From NCBI GenBank assembly GCA_002269645.1, contig NIVC01000598.1:346286-410285 (forward strand): a stretch of DNA of 64,000 bases. The letters run 5' to 3'. The position numbers were made by a program, and so were the translations under genes. Positions 36,648-49,914 of the stretch are shown in pieces. The notes below the pieces were generated by a model, which made no database searches, was not told the DNA's origin, and worked only from the letters and a program-made list of their open reading frames with translations. Origin of the DNA: Macrostomum lignano. Its lineage: Eukaryota. Within the stretch, counting starts at the first letter, position 1, and each line of letters begins with the position of its first letter.

Positions 36648-37275
36648 TTCTCTGATTCTCTCAGATTCCCTCAGACTGTCTCAGATTTCTCTGATTCTCT
36701 CAGATTCCCTCAGATTGTCTCAGATTTCTCTGATTCCCTCAGATTCCCTCAGATTTCTCTGATTCTCTCAGATTCCCCCAGACTGTCTCAGATTTATCTG
36801 ATTCTCTCAGATTCCCTCCGACTGTCTCAGATTTCTCAGATTCCCTCAGATTCCCTCAGACTGTTTCAGATTTCTGAGATCTTTCAGATTTCAGATTTCC
36901 TCAGAACCCCTCAGAATTCCTCACAACCCCTCAGATTTCCTCACAACTTCAAATTCCCCCAGGACCCCTTCAGAGTCCTTCACAACCCCTCAGAGTCCCT
37001 CACAACCCCTCAGATTCCCTCACAACCCCAAATTCCCTCACAACCCCAAATTCCCCCAGGACCCCTAAGAGTCCCTCACAACCCCTCAGAGTCCCTCACA
37101 ACCCCGAATTCCCCCAGGACCCCTAAGAGTCCCTCACAACCCCTCAGAGTCCCTCACAACCCCGAATTCGCCCAGGACCCCCTCAGAGTCCCTCTCAACC
37201 CCGAATTCGCCCAGGACCCCCTCAGAGTCCCTCTCAACCCCGAATTCCCCCAGGACCCGCTCAGAGTCCCTCAGA
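36648..37275. repeat. Degenerate repeat (CTCAGATTCC / CCCTCAGAGTCCCTCACAAC)n
   Basis: Direct reading. Confidence 0.85.
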
Positions 37276-38228
37276 TTGCTGTCTCACATACTCGTCTCAG
37301 ACAGTCTCTATTCAAAGTTGCAAAGCAATTACTTATCTCCTTCTCTACCTGTCCAGTTTTCAGTCTCACTTACAAAAATTTCTCTTGCCCAGCTTCCGCC
37401 CTTTTGAATCAAAATTTCGAATCTGCAAATGAAGAGTGCGAGACAAAAGGCCATCCAATATGGCTAATTGAATCAGTTGGGCAGGTAAGCGGCTTAGCAG
37501 GTGTGGAAGCGCCTCCGAAAATTCGATAAGCTTGATTAGCTGATCCAAAGCTGAAAGCTGAAGTAACCTGGGCTGTTCTGGTAACAAGCTAAGGGTTTGC
37601 GGCTTAACAAGAGATCACCTGCTTCATCTCTCCCCTCATCCTCTCTCACCCTCTCTCACCCCCTCTCACCCTCTCTCACACTCTCCCACCCTCTCTCACT
37701 CTTTCTCACCCTCTATCACCCTCTCTCTTACCCTCTCTCACCCTATTTCTCACTGTCACTCCCCTCTTGTTTCTATACCATCTCTCCCTTCTCTCTCTCC
37801 TATCTTCTCACCTTTCTGTTTCTCTCGCTGTTTCGATTCAAAAAGTGTTCAAAGCAGTTACTACAGACCATGTGTGACTTCACGCTCCTATTTTACTTTT
37901 AACACAGTCGTAAACATAATAAATCATTTCAGAAGAGTCGACTTTGAAAAGAAGCACAGACTAGTTCAGTCATTTCCTAGAAGCCCTTCTCAATAATGCT
38001 GCATCGCTGCCAAAATAGGTGGGTTAGAGCCCGGACAAGGAAAGCCTTTTTACAGAAACTGACTGAGGACGAAGGAAGGTTTTTTTGCAAAACTTGAGTC
38101 CCCGGGCATGTCGATCCCTTCTTTCCCTGCCTCTCCATTTATCCTCTGGCGCCTCTGACTGGCGACTCGCTCCATTGAGCCAGTCACTATGGGGGCTGAT
38201 CACGGAAGCGACAAATTGAAGCCAAACA

Positions 38229-38276
<48 letters not shown>

Positions 38277-38439
38277 GTATCGGTGCTTTGCCCCCCGGAT
38301 ACAAAACGCGTATATATTTACTAGCGCTTATCCTATGCCAATGGACAGTTTGCATAGAGATTTCTTGCATAGAAACAAGAGTTTTACTTCTCGTTATTGC
38401 AGATATTTTTAAGCAACTTCCGCATAGAAACAAAAATTT

Positions 38440-38575
38440 CCGCATGGCAACAGATATTTCCACATAGCAACAAAGATCCGCATAGCGACTGAGATTTCCG
38501 CATAGCAACAAAAATTTCCGCATAGCAACAGAGATTTCCGCATAGCAGCAAAGAATTCCGCATAGCAACAAAGCA
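38440..38575. repeat. Short array of about 20-bp units (ATTTCCGCATAGCAACAAA)n
   Basis: About 6 copies read directly. Confidence 0.8.
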
Positions 38576-38984
38576 ATTAATGTTTGCGGCGTAATTCCAG
38601 TCGGACAAGGCGTAAAGTTATCCAACTCTAGATGTTTATAGCCATTGCCAAGCGGTGCTTTGCTTTTTGATCTTTGTTGCTATGCGGTTGGTGGGATGCT
38701 TCAAGTACAATTTTACGAAACGCACTTCGAGTAAGGTTCATTAGACTGCTTTCAAACGTGCGGGCCACTTGACAATAACTCAGCCAGCTTCTTCCGCTCT
38801 CCATTGCTACAACAGCGGTTCTAGAACTCTCTCCATCTCAGGGCAGAGAAGAGAGGGTATGCTGTAGGATAAGTCAACTTAATTGATTGAGACTGTAGCC
38901 TTGAGAGCGTTGCCGCGTCTAGCATTGTACACCAACCGCATCTGCAAGCTGCTAAACGTTTTTTTGGCCACCTCTCACTGGTCT

Positions 38985-40135
38985 CTCAGTGAGCATCTCA
39001 CTCTCTCAGTGAGCATCTCACTCTCTCAGTGAGCATCTCACTCTCTCAGTGACCATCTCACTCTCTCAGTGAGCATCTCACTCTCTCAGTGAGCATCTCA
39101 CTCTCTCAGTGAGCATCTCACTCTCTCAGTGAGCATCTCACTCTCTCAGTGAGCATCTCACTCTCTCAGTGACCATCTCACTCTCTCAGTGAGCATCTCA
39201 CTCTCTCAGTGACCATCTCACTCTCTCAGTGAGCATCTCACTCTCTCAGTGAGCATCTCACTCTCTCAGTGACCATCTCATTTTCTCAATGACCATCTCA
39301 CTCTCTCAGTGACCATCTCATTTTCTCAATGACCATCTCATTTTCTCAGTGACCATCTCATTTTCTCAATGACCATCTCACTCTCTCAATGACCATCTCA
39401 CTCTCTCAGTGACCATCTCATTTTCTCAATGACCATCTCATTTTCTCAATGACCATCTCACTCTCTCAATGACCATCTCACTCTCTCAATGACCATCTCA
39501 CTCTCTCAGTGACCATCTCATTTTCTCAATGACCATCTCACTCTCTCAATGACCATCTCACTCTCTCAGTGACCATCTCATTTTCTCAATGACCATCTCA
39601 CTCTCTCAGTGACCATCTCACTCTCTCAATGACCATCTCATTTTCTCAATGACCATCTCATTTTCTCAATGACCATCTCACTCTCTCAGTGACCATCTCA
39701 TTTTCTCAGTGACCATCTCATTTTCTCAATGACCATCTCATTTTCTCAATGACCATCTCACTCTCTCAGTGACCAGCTCACTCTCTCAGTGACCACCTCA
39801 CTCTCTCAGTGACCATCTCAGTGACCATCTCAGTGACCATCTCACTCTCTCAGTGATCACCTCACTCTCTCAGTGACCATCTCAGTGACCATCTCAGTGA
39901 CCATCTCAGTGACCATCTCAGTGACCATCTCACTCTCTCAGTGACCATCTCATTTTCTCAGTGACCATCTCACCCTCTCAGTGACCATCTCACTCTCTCC
40001 TGCAGTGACCATCTCATTTTCTCAGTGACCATCTCACCCTCTCAGTGACCATCTCACTCTCTCAGTGATTATGTCACTCTCTCAGTGACCATCTCACTCT
40101 CTCAGTGACAATGTCACTCTCTCAGTCACCATCTG
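38985..40135. repeat. 20-bp minisatellite (CAGTGACCATCTCACTCTCT)n
   Basis: Direct reading. Confidence 0.95.
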
Positions 40136-41464
40136 ACTCTCTTACTCTATAGCTAGATATCTCTTTCAAACCACTATCATTTTAATGCATGCATTGATGC
40201 ACTGAAGGCAGCAGGCAAAAGTACACCAGTGATTAGTGCTACCTTTTAGTCAGTAAAGTTGGTGCCAGCAACAAACTGCGTGGCTAGCTAAAAACGCGGA
40301 ACCTCGACTTGGCAAAGATGCCCACAGAGTAAGATTAAGTGCGACTGAAAAAGTCTCCACGTGACCGATTTCTACCCCCCCCCCTCTATATGTCTCTTTG
40401 ACATGACTCTACTTTTCATTCTTCTCCCTTTCTGAACAAGATTTAGCTGGCCAGCCAAGCAGGAAAAAGCCCTCCCCCCCGAGGCGCGAGCCATAAGGAA
40501 CGAATAAAAAAGGCAAATTTGGCTCCCGCGTAGCCAGGCGTTGGTCACGGGGTTGAAGCAATTGAATCAAATGGCCAGCCTGATGTGTTCAGCCATGGAG
40601 GAAAAAAGCGCTTTATCTAGCTCAGTACATCTGAGTTCTGAAACTTTGCGGCCCGTTCTTCTCTGCCTTTTCCTTGAAGTTTTATTCCTGACGAAGGCTG
40701 CACTGCAAAACTCTGCTTGCTGACTGCATAAATTTGGTGTCGAGTTTCTCTGCTCCTCGAACTTCTTGAAGCGCTTTTGGTCGCGCACCAAGAGAAGGGA
40801 TGAAGGAGAGAGGTTGGGTCACTAGGGCAGCTGAGTCAGCGGTTTGGCCTCCGTGATTGGCGAGCTTGAGCATAGCGTGAGTCCATGCTAATCAGGCCTC
40901 AATTACAGCCCAGTACTCCGGCTGCTCAAAAGCCGCACTTAGTCAGCGCTCCAAGATTGTAGCTATCTTGTCTCCTGCTTCCTCCCCTTTCTCCTCTCTG
41001 GGGAGAATCGGCATCGCTCTCACTCGGCTTCAATTTCCGGGCCAGTGGGGTATTGGAGCCGCAAATTTTTTTGCCTGAAAGTCCTGTCAGCTCAGTGATT
41101 TCTTGGAAGACCCTCGGACTCGACCCAGTGCACCCTTCAATCATGGAGATTGCTCTGGGGCTGGGATGTTTCAAGTGCTTCGATTTTCCTGCCAATGTTG
41201 CTGCCCCTTGCAGCAGACAGACAGATAATAATACATGTGTGTGGCCTGCTCTCATAACTGTCATGAGCTCTCATGGGAGATTAGATGGGGCAGTCTGCAA
41301 TTTCCTGAGATCATGTTAGAGTGAGTTGATAATGATAGAGTGAGCGGATGATGATCTTTAGTGTTTCAATCAACCATTCTAGAAACATGCAGTCTCTTGT
41401 GCAGAGGCCAAATAGGTACAGAATACTCACGGCACTCTGTGTCACGTGACTCTGTGTCATCTCT

Positions 41465-41880
41465 CTGGACCAGAGAGATGGGGAAGGGGTGACCAGAGAG
41501 ATGGGAAAGGGGTGACCAGAGAGATGGGAAAGGGGTGACCAGAGAGATGGGGAAGGGGTGACCAGAGAGATGGGGAAGGGGTGACCAGAGAGTTGGGGAA
41601 GGGGGTGACCAGAGAGATGAGGAAGGGGTGACCAGAGAGATGGGGAAGGGGGTGACCAGAGAGATGGGGAAGGGGTGACCAGAGAGATGGGGAAGGGGTG
41701 ACCAGAGAGATGGGGAAGGGGGTGACCAGAGAGATGAGGAAGGGGTGACCAGAGAGATGGGGAAGGGGGTGACCAGAGAGATGGGGAAGGGGTGACCAGA
41801 GAGATGGGGAAGGGGGTGACCAGAGAGATGAGGAAGGGGTGACCAGAGAGATGGGGAGGGGTGACCAGAGAGATGTGGAA
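41465..41880. repeat. 23-24-bp minisatellite (GGGTGACCAGAGAGATGGGGAAG)n
   Basis: Direct reading. Confidence 0.95.
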
Positions 41881-42424
41881 GGGTTGACACGTGAGACAGT
41901 GACATGGGAAGTAAAGAAGCGAAGCCAGAACACTGCAAGAGTGAGTCTGGCGGCAATGCAGAAATAAAAGAATACTTACCGACTGCTTTCGTGTGCCATT
42001 ATTTAGAAGCCAGCAGCACAGGGCAGATGAGAGGGAAGTCGGAGTCTGGGGCATAACGAGAGGGAGGTTGAAAGGTTTTCCATTGCGAGGCCATTAATTG
42101 TGAACAGAAGCCAGCTGTCACACAATGAGACACTTGACATCTCTGTCTGTCTGTCTGTCTCTGTGTCTAACCTGCCTCCCTCATCCGAGAAGCGTAAGAG
42201 TTATGGGATAATTTCCTAATTAGCATCCTAGAGAGACAGCTCTGGCCCGTGTGCTGTTAGTGCGGTGCAGACTAACGGCATTGATGGCCACTAGCATTTG
42301 GATTCTTTGCCACAAAAATATTCTCTTTCAATTACGGTGTAGGTAATATTAACTTTTCCTGCCTCTCCTGAACTGACTATAAGCTTTCATTTCAAGTCTC
42401 GGTTTATGAATTTTGGGGCCTAAA

Positions 42425-43040
42425 ACCCACAAATTCACCACAGGTGAGGCTGAAACCCACTCTATTCACCACAGGTGAGCCTAAAACCCACAAATTCACC
42501 ACAGGTGAGGCTGAAGCCCACCATATTCACCACAGGTGAGGCTGAAGCCCACCATATTCACCACAGGTGAGGCTGAAGCCCACCATATTCACCACAGGTG
42601 AGGCTGAAACCCACTGTATTCACCACAGGTGAGGCTGAAACCTCACTGTATTCACCACAGGTGAGGCTGAAACTTCACTGTATTCACCACAGGTGAGGCT
42701 GAAACCCACTCTATTCACCACAAGTGGGGCTGAAACCCACTATATTCACCACAGGTGAGCCTAAAACCCACAAATTCACCACAGGTGAGGCTGAAGCCCA
42801 CCATATTCACCACAGGTGAGGCTGAAGCCCACCATATTCACCACAGGTGAGGCTGAAACCTCACTGTATTCACCACAGGTGAGGCTGAAACCTCACTGTA
42901 TTCACCACAGGTGAGGCTGAAACCTCACTCTATTCACCACAGGTGGGGCTGAAACCCACTATATTTACCACAGGTGAGGCTGAAGCTCACCATATTCACC
43001 ACAGGTGAGGCTGAAACCTCACTGTATTCACCAGAGGTGG
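42425..43040. repeat. 31-bp minisatellite (TTCACCACAGGTGAGGCTGAAACCCACTGTA)n
   Basis: Direct reading. Confidence 0.95.
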
Positions 43041-43414
43041 AATTTACTGAAAAAAATCCCTAAACACCTGGCTACTTAAAAGTGCCCTTCTAGTTTCTGG
43101 GTCACTGAACGGCTTGCGAGTCTAACAAAGGTCATAATTACAGCAGCAAGGGTTGCCAGTACAAATTATTTTATTACATTTGCTAGTTAGAAAATCTTGC
43201 CCCAAAGAAAATTTACTGCTGGCTAGGGTCAGTGGCAGCTGTGCTTGGTCGCTAACGTTAGGATGCCAGCCAGTGTCTCTGGAAATACAATTCCCATCTG
43301 GAATTCGCCAGGCACAAGGGCCAAAAGTCAAACTGCAATGCATCCGTTGGAATTTTGTTGCTAAGGTGGATTTCACTACCACTGATGGCCGTGCAAATCC
43401 TTTCTCTCGATAAC

Positions 43415-43680
43415 CATTGGCCTTCTGTGATGCCATTCTGCCTTCTGTGATGCCATTCTGCCTTCTGTGATGCCATTCTGCCTTCTGTGTTGCCATTCTG
43501 CCTTCTGTGATGCCATTCTGCCTTTTGTGATGCCATTCTGCCTTCTTTGATGCCATTCTGCCTTCTGTGATGCCATTCTGCCTTCTGTGATGCCATTCTG
43601 CCTTCTGTGATGCCATTCTGCCTTCTGTGATGCCATTCTGCCTTCTGTGATACCATTTTTGACTTCTCAAATGCCATTCT
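43415..43680. repeat. 20-bp minisatellite (TGATGCCATTCTGCCTTCTG)n
   Basis: Direct reading. Confidence 0.95.
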
Positions 43681-44050
43681 TGCTACTTCTCTGTTATCTC
43701 TTGCGCCATCAGTTCAGCCTCTGGCACAACCCCATTTCTGTCCACACTCTTGCAACTGCCTTCTCCTAGCCCAGCTGCAGTTTCGGGATCAAACTGAAAC
43801 CAAATTTGAGTAGCTATGTCTTGCCACGCAAACTTGATGAAGGCCCTCCCATGTTTACCTGCCGTGCGGGAACTGCAGTTGATGGATGGAAGTGATCGCG
43901 GAGAGTTCACACCTTGCACCTGGAAATCTGTGCTCAGGGAAGAGAAGACTAGATGAATGAGTTTGACCCTTTACCGAGTAGAATATTTATAAGATAAATA
44001 GAGATTGTGATTTATACTCGTTATGCAGCTGCTATCTACTTCTTTCCGGT

Positions 44051-44308
<258 letters not shown>

Positions 44309-44349
44309 CATGACTACTGCCCACCTCACCAAACAGGCATCTCAGCGCC

Positions 44350-45684
44350 ATGAACGAGACTACAGCTTACAATGTGACCTACTGCACCACCCACATGTTC
44401 GTGGCCACGGTCACAGTACTGTTCAGTCTGGTTGTACTCCTTGGCTTCTTCGGCAACCTGCTAGTGATCACGGTGATAGTGGCCAACAATCACATGCGAA
44501 ACACCACAAACATATTGATCACATCATTGGCCATAGCCGATCTGTTATTCATCATATTCTGCGTCCCGCCAACCGTTCTGGTGTACATCATGGGCTGGGT
44601 GTTCGGCCACGCTGCCTGCGTGCTGTTCCAGTACTTCACCTACGTACCGGTGTACGGCAGCGTGTACACCCTGGTGCTGATGAGCGCCGACCGGTACCTG
44701 GCCGTGGTGCACCCCATCCGGAGCATCGGCCTGCGCAACCAGCGCAACACCCTCATCGCCGTTGCCGCCACCTGGCTGCTGATCAGCGTCTGTCACGTTC
44801 CGTTCGCTGTCGACGTCGGCGTCATCAACATGGGCAGCTGCCGGGTGGACAACTTCAGCGTCAGGCCGCTCGACATCTGCGCTAACAGGCGCTTCCTTGA
44901 CGAGTTCGGCGGCTTCAGCGCTTCTGGCAAGCTGTTCTACACCCTGTTCGGCCTGCTGGGCTACCTGCTGCCGTTCCTGGTCATCATCACCCTGTACGCC
45001 CTGCTGGTGAGGAAGCTCACCTGCGGCCGCGCCGCCGGCGTCTCGAAGTCCGGCGAAGCGGCCAGGTCGAAGCGCCGAGTCACCCGCATGGTTGTCATCG
45101 TCATCGTGATCTTCGGCACCTGCTGGCTGCCCATCCACGTGGTGTTCGCCTTGCAGATGTGGTACAAAGACTTCGAGGACGACTGGTTCCGCTACCTGCA
45201 GGCGGGCTCACAGATGCTGGCCTACATGAACAGCTGCGTCAACCCCATCCTGTACGCCTTCCTGTCCGAGAATTTCCGGCAGGCCTTCGCCAAGTTTCTT
45301 GGAATCCAGTTGAAACCGAAAACCCGGCGAGACAATCACAACTGGGACACGCGCGCCCTCGCCACCGGCGTCAACCGCGTCCGGGCGGCTCACGGCGACG
45401 GTGGCGACGGCGATGGCGACGGTGAGGGCGATGACGACGGCGAAGACGGCGAAGTCAACGGTGAGGGCGCGTCGGCGAAGCGCCCGAAATCGAATTCGTC
45501 GGTGGAGGCCACCGATGGTGAGCCGTTGTCAGCTCAGGATCGGCGGCGAGAAGCCGCAGCGGCGCTGAGCCAGCGAGCGGATGAGAACTGCTCAGCCGAG
45601 GAACCAGACGATGAAGAGTCCAAGCCGCTTAACAACACCTTGGAGCTGAGCGCTCAGGTGCACAGAGACTGTCTGGACTCGTGA
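44350..45684 (+). CDS. Class A neuropeptide GPCR, allatostatin-A/galanin receptor family; single coding exon, 444 aa
   Basis: Seven hydrophobic helices with GN (TM1), LAIADL (TM2), ADRYLAVVHP, CWLP (TM6) and AYMNSCVNPILYAFLSENFRQAF (TM7/H8). RSKRRVTRMV in ICL3 and the TM7/H8 string are typical of AstA/galanin receptors. N-glycosylation sites NET and NVT; start context GCCATG. Confidence 0.93.
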   Translation: MNETTAYNVTYCTTHMFVATVTVLFSLVVLLGFFGNLLVITVIVANNHMRNTTNILITSLAIADLLFIIFCVPPTVLVYIMGWVFGHAACVLFQYFTYVPVYGSVYTLVLMSADRYLAVVHPIRSIGLRNQRNTLIAVAATWLLISVCHVPFAVDVGVINMGSCRVDNFSVRPLDICANRRFLDEFGGFSASGKLFYTLFGLLGYLLPFLVIITLYALLVRKLTCGRAAGVSKSGEAARSKRRVTRMVVIVIVIFGTCWLPIHVVFALQMWYKDFEDDWFRYLQAGSQMLAYMNSCVNPILYAFLSENFRQAFAKFLGIQLKPKTRRDNHNWDTRALATGVNRVRAAHGDGGDGDGDGEGDDDGEDGEVNGEGASAKRPKSNSSVEATDGEPLSAQDRRREAAAALSQRADENCSAEEPDDEESKPLNNTLELSAQVHRDCLDS

Positions 45685-45804
45685 TCGAGTGGCTAACCTT
45701 ATCTTTAAAAAATAGAGCGATGTCAAAATGATTACATTATTTTATTTGCTTGTGCTGTGTAAGTAGCTTAGACTCTGCCGTTTATGACCTGCGTCTATGA
45801 CCTA

Positions 45805-47117
45805 TGACCACAACTGTTCTATGACCCCAACTGTTCTATGACCCCAACTGTTCTATGACCCCAACTGTTCTATGACCCCAACTGTTCTATGACCCCAACT
45901 GTTCTATGACCCCAACTGTCCTATGACCCGAATGACCCGAACTGTCCCATGAATGACCCGAACTGTCCCATGAATGACCCGAACTGTCCCATGAATGACC
46001 CGAACTGTCCCATGAATGACCCGAACTGTCCCATGAATGACCCGAACTGTCCCATGAATGACCCGAACTGTCCTATGAATGACCCGAACTGTCCCATGAA
46101 TGACCCGAACTGTCCCATGAATGACCCGAACTGTCCTATGAATGACCCGAACTGTCCCATGAATGACCCGAACTGTCCTATGAATGACCCGAACTGTCCC
46201 ATGAATGACCCGAACTGTCCTATGAATGACCCGAACTGTCCTATGAATGACCCGAACTGTCCCATGAATGACCCGAACTGTCCCATGAATGACCCGAACT
46301 GTCCTATGAATGACCCGAACTGTCCTATGAATGACCCGAACTGTCCTATAAATGACCCGAACTGTCCCATGAATGGCCCGAACTGTCCCATGAATGACCC
46401 GAACTGTCCCATGAATGACCCGAACTGTCCCATGAATGACCCGAACTGTCCCATGAATGACCCGAACTGTCCCATGAATGACCCGAACTGTCCCATGAAT
46501 GACCCGAACTGTCCCATGAATGACCCGAACTGTCCCATGAATGACCCGAACTGTCCTATAAATGACCCGAACTGTCCTATGAATGACCCGAACTGTCCTA
46601 TGAATGACCCGAACTGTCCCATGAATGACCCGAACTGTCCTATAAATGACCCGAACTGTCCTATGAATGACCCGAACTGTCCTATAAATGACCCGAACTG
46701 TCCTATAGATGACCCGAACTGTCCTATGAATGACCCGAACTGTCCTATGAATGACCCGAACTGTCCTATGAATGACCCGAACTGTCCTATGAATGACCCG
46801 AACTGTCCTATAAATGACCCGAACTGTCCTATAAATGACCCGAACTGTCCTATAAATGACCCGAACTGTCCTATAAATGACCCGAACTGTCCTATGAATG
46901 ACCCGAACTGTCCTATGAATGACCCGAACTGTCCTATGAATGACCCGAACTGTCCCATGAATGACCCGAACTGTCCTATGAATGACCCGAACTGTCCTAT
47001 AAATGACCCGAACTGTCCTATAGATGACCCGAACTGTCCTATAAATGACCCGAACTGTCCTATAGATGACCCGAACTGTCCTATAGATGACCCGAACTGT
47101 CCTATAAATGACCCGAA
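45805..47117. repeat. 17-bp (CTATGACCCCAACTGTT)n grading into a 21-bp array (ATGAATGACCCGAACTGTCCY)n
   Basis: Direct reading; lies just downstream of the GPCR. Confidence 0.97.
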
Positions 47118-47587
47118 CCTGTCACGATGCAAAAACAATACACTCTTATCTTCATAGCAGAGCATACTTTAGTACTCTACCGCTTATAATAATGTTTTAC
47201 GTCACTGCATATCTGCCTGTAAAACTCTACACCCAGCTGTCAAAAAAATCAAAGAAAGCATTGGAATTCATAGCTCATAAAAGGAGAGTTTCTTTGCCCA
47301 AACCGATCAAACAGTGGGTTGTACGAGTTTGCGTCCCATTATCGATCTTGGCCACTGTTGAAGTCACCTGGAGCAGCTTGATACGAATATTGGCGAATAT
47401 TATCTCTATGCAACTTAATCCTAAAACTGCACAGTCTACTCTATCAGTGTCATTTGCTTATTAATACGAAGTAAGTTATAGCTACGAGTATTAAATGCTT
47501 ATCTATGTATACTATTTTAGTGAAATTTTCAAATAGGCTTGTCGTAATATTTTACCAGTAGTGTGCATACTATCATATCCTTAATTT

Positions 47588-47725
47588 GTTGACGATTTTT
47601 CAGCCATTTCTTCCCCTCTGCACAACCCACTGGCTCTGATTTTTCAGCCATTTCTTCCCCTCTGTACAACCCACTGGCTCTGATTTTTCAGCCATTTCTT
47701 CCCCTCTGCACAACCGACTGGCTCT
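47588..47725. repeat. Three copies of a 44-bp unit (TTTTTCAGCCATTTCTTCCCCTCTGCACAACCCACTGGCTCTGA)
   Basis: Direct reading. Confidence 0.85.
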
Positions 47726-47834
47726 AACCTACTCGCGTCAATCTTAGTTACTGTGCATTCTTTTCCTAGGCAAAAATAAATTCTAAATCTGAAACTCTGG
47801 CATCCTGTGCTCCACTGACTTTCTACTGCCAGAT

Positions 47835-48151
<317 letters not shown>

Positions 48152-48959
48152 GGTGCATGGCTCGCAAGCCGAAGAGTCCAATATAAACCGCCGAATGTCC
48201 AGCGGATTAAGAGAAGAAATTAGCTGCTGGCCAGGCGAGCAAGCGGGGGACTCTCTTGGATAGAGGAGGGAAATGAGAGTCTGCATGACGAAGATGAAGA
48301 GGGAAAGGCAAAAGAGGCGAGAGAAAACTGTAAGAAAGGGGGTCGGCTGCTGGGTGAAAAGAAATGTCCAGAAGCTTGTGGAGGCTGCGCCATTGCCTGT
48401 GTTTCACACTGTGCAACAACCTGCTACTGGGAGAAAAAGCAGAGAGAGGGCTGGGAAAGTTCCCTGGCAGACACGGTGGAGGAAGGATTAAGAAACTAAA
48501 AAAAGAAGCCAGGGTTGGCGGGTCGAGCAGTCTGCGGGGACCGGGATGGCAGGCAGACTCCAGCAGCACTTACTTCGCGCCTTGTTCTGCTAGAAGAGAA
48601 AACACCGAGGATGTCCAGCAGAGCTTAGAAAAAAAGGAATTTTCCCAAGGTGAAAATGCCAACTCTGATGGACCGTAGCCCAGCTTCTTAATATCCCACA
48701 TTGTGTGTCCCCAGTGTCTGATAAGCGGCTATCGCGGAACTGCCAACTGTGGGAAGTTTTCTTCGGTACTGGTTATTTCTGGCCCAGCTGAGCTGGCCTA
48801 GCAACTAATCATTTTGAGGTCATTAACTTCGCTGACAGAGAACTATAAATTTTCCATTCCTTTGATGGAGAGAATCTAAATTGAGTGAAGCTATTGGATA
48901 AAGAGTAGAAGTGCTTTTTGAATCTGCTGGATCTTTTTTCTATTGAGAAAATTCTATAA

Positions 48960-49365
48960 GATAGACAAGTAGATGTAGTAGATAAAGTGGACAAAGTAGA
49001 TAAATTAGACTAAGTAGATAAAGCAGATAGAGTAGATAAAGTAAATATGTATGTATAGTATTCAAAATAGACTAATTAGATAAAGTAGACAAAGTAGATA
49101 GAATAGAGAAAGTAGATAAACTAGACAGAGTAGATAAAGTACCCTAAGTAGATAAGGTAGAAAAGGTAGATAAAGTAGACAAGGCAGATAAAGTAGACAA
49201 AGTAGATAGAGTAGACTAAGTAGATAAAGTATGCATAGCATACAAAGTAGACAAGATAGACAAAGTGGACAAAGTAGGTAGGTAAGTAGATATAAAATAA
49301 GGTATAAAATTAGGCAAGTTACAAAAGTAGACAAAGGTAGATAAAGTAGACAAAGTAGTCAAGAT
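48960..49365. repeat. Degenerate 9/18-bp repeat (AGTAGATAA/AGTAGACAA)n
   Basis: Direct reading. Confidence 0.8.
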
Positions 49366-49914
49366 CGGTAAGTTTCGACGAGTTTTAAAGTGTCAAAGGT
49401 AGACTGAAAAAGAGACAGAACTCAAGTACAAGAGTAACTAACAAAAATTCTCGGGACAATTCCTGGTCTGCAATTCTATCCAGAAAGTAACTCGTAACTA
49501 TTAGAAATAAATTATAACAAAACTTGATGCCGAAGAGGGGAACAAGCTGGGCAGAGCCAGCCGGTCAATACTTAACACACAGTCGAGACGAGTTCTCACC
49601 CGTGCTGTAAGAGACTGCTTAAAGTGCTTTGAGATTGTTGGCGAAAAGAACTGGCGGGGCTGTGGGAGGAGGGTTGAAGCAGTTCGCGTGGTTTCAAGTT
49701 AAACAAAAGAGGAGTGGGAGCCTGCGACTCAAACAAGTCTCGTGCGCTCCAGAAAATTCTCAAAGTTAAAAAAAATAAACGTCCGGAACCGATCGGCCAG
49801 TAAGCTCTTCAAAAATATGTAAAACTTCGTTGGTAAAATATGGGACTAGGGCCATTTTAACAATTTTTAATGAAAAAATGCGTTATATCAATAGAGTGAC
49901 AGCTGGGTAATAAG

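Noticed and set aside
43122-43919. Minus-strand frame open for about 800 bp except for one TAG (readthrough candidate)
   Set aside because: A third of it is a 20-bp repeat, the peptide resembles nothing I recognise, and the opposite strand is equally open.
45921-47165. (MNDPNCP)n and antisense (GQFGSFI/M)n ORFs of about 400 aa
   Set aside because: A 21-bp unit keeps frames open on both strands. Unit variants are not biased to synonymous changes, and there is no signal peptide or unique domain.
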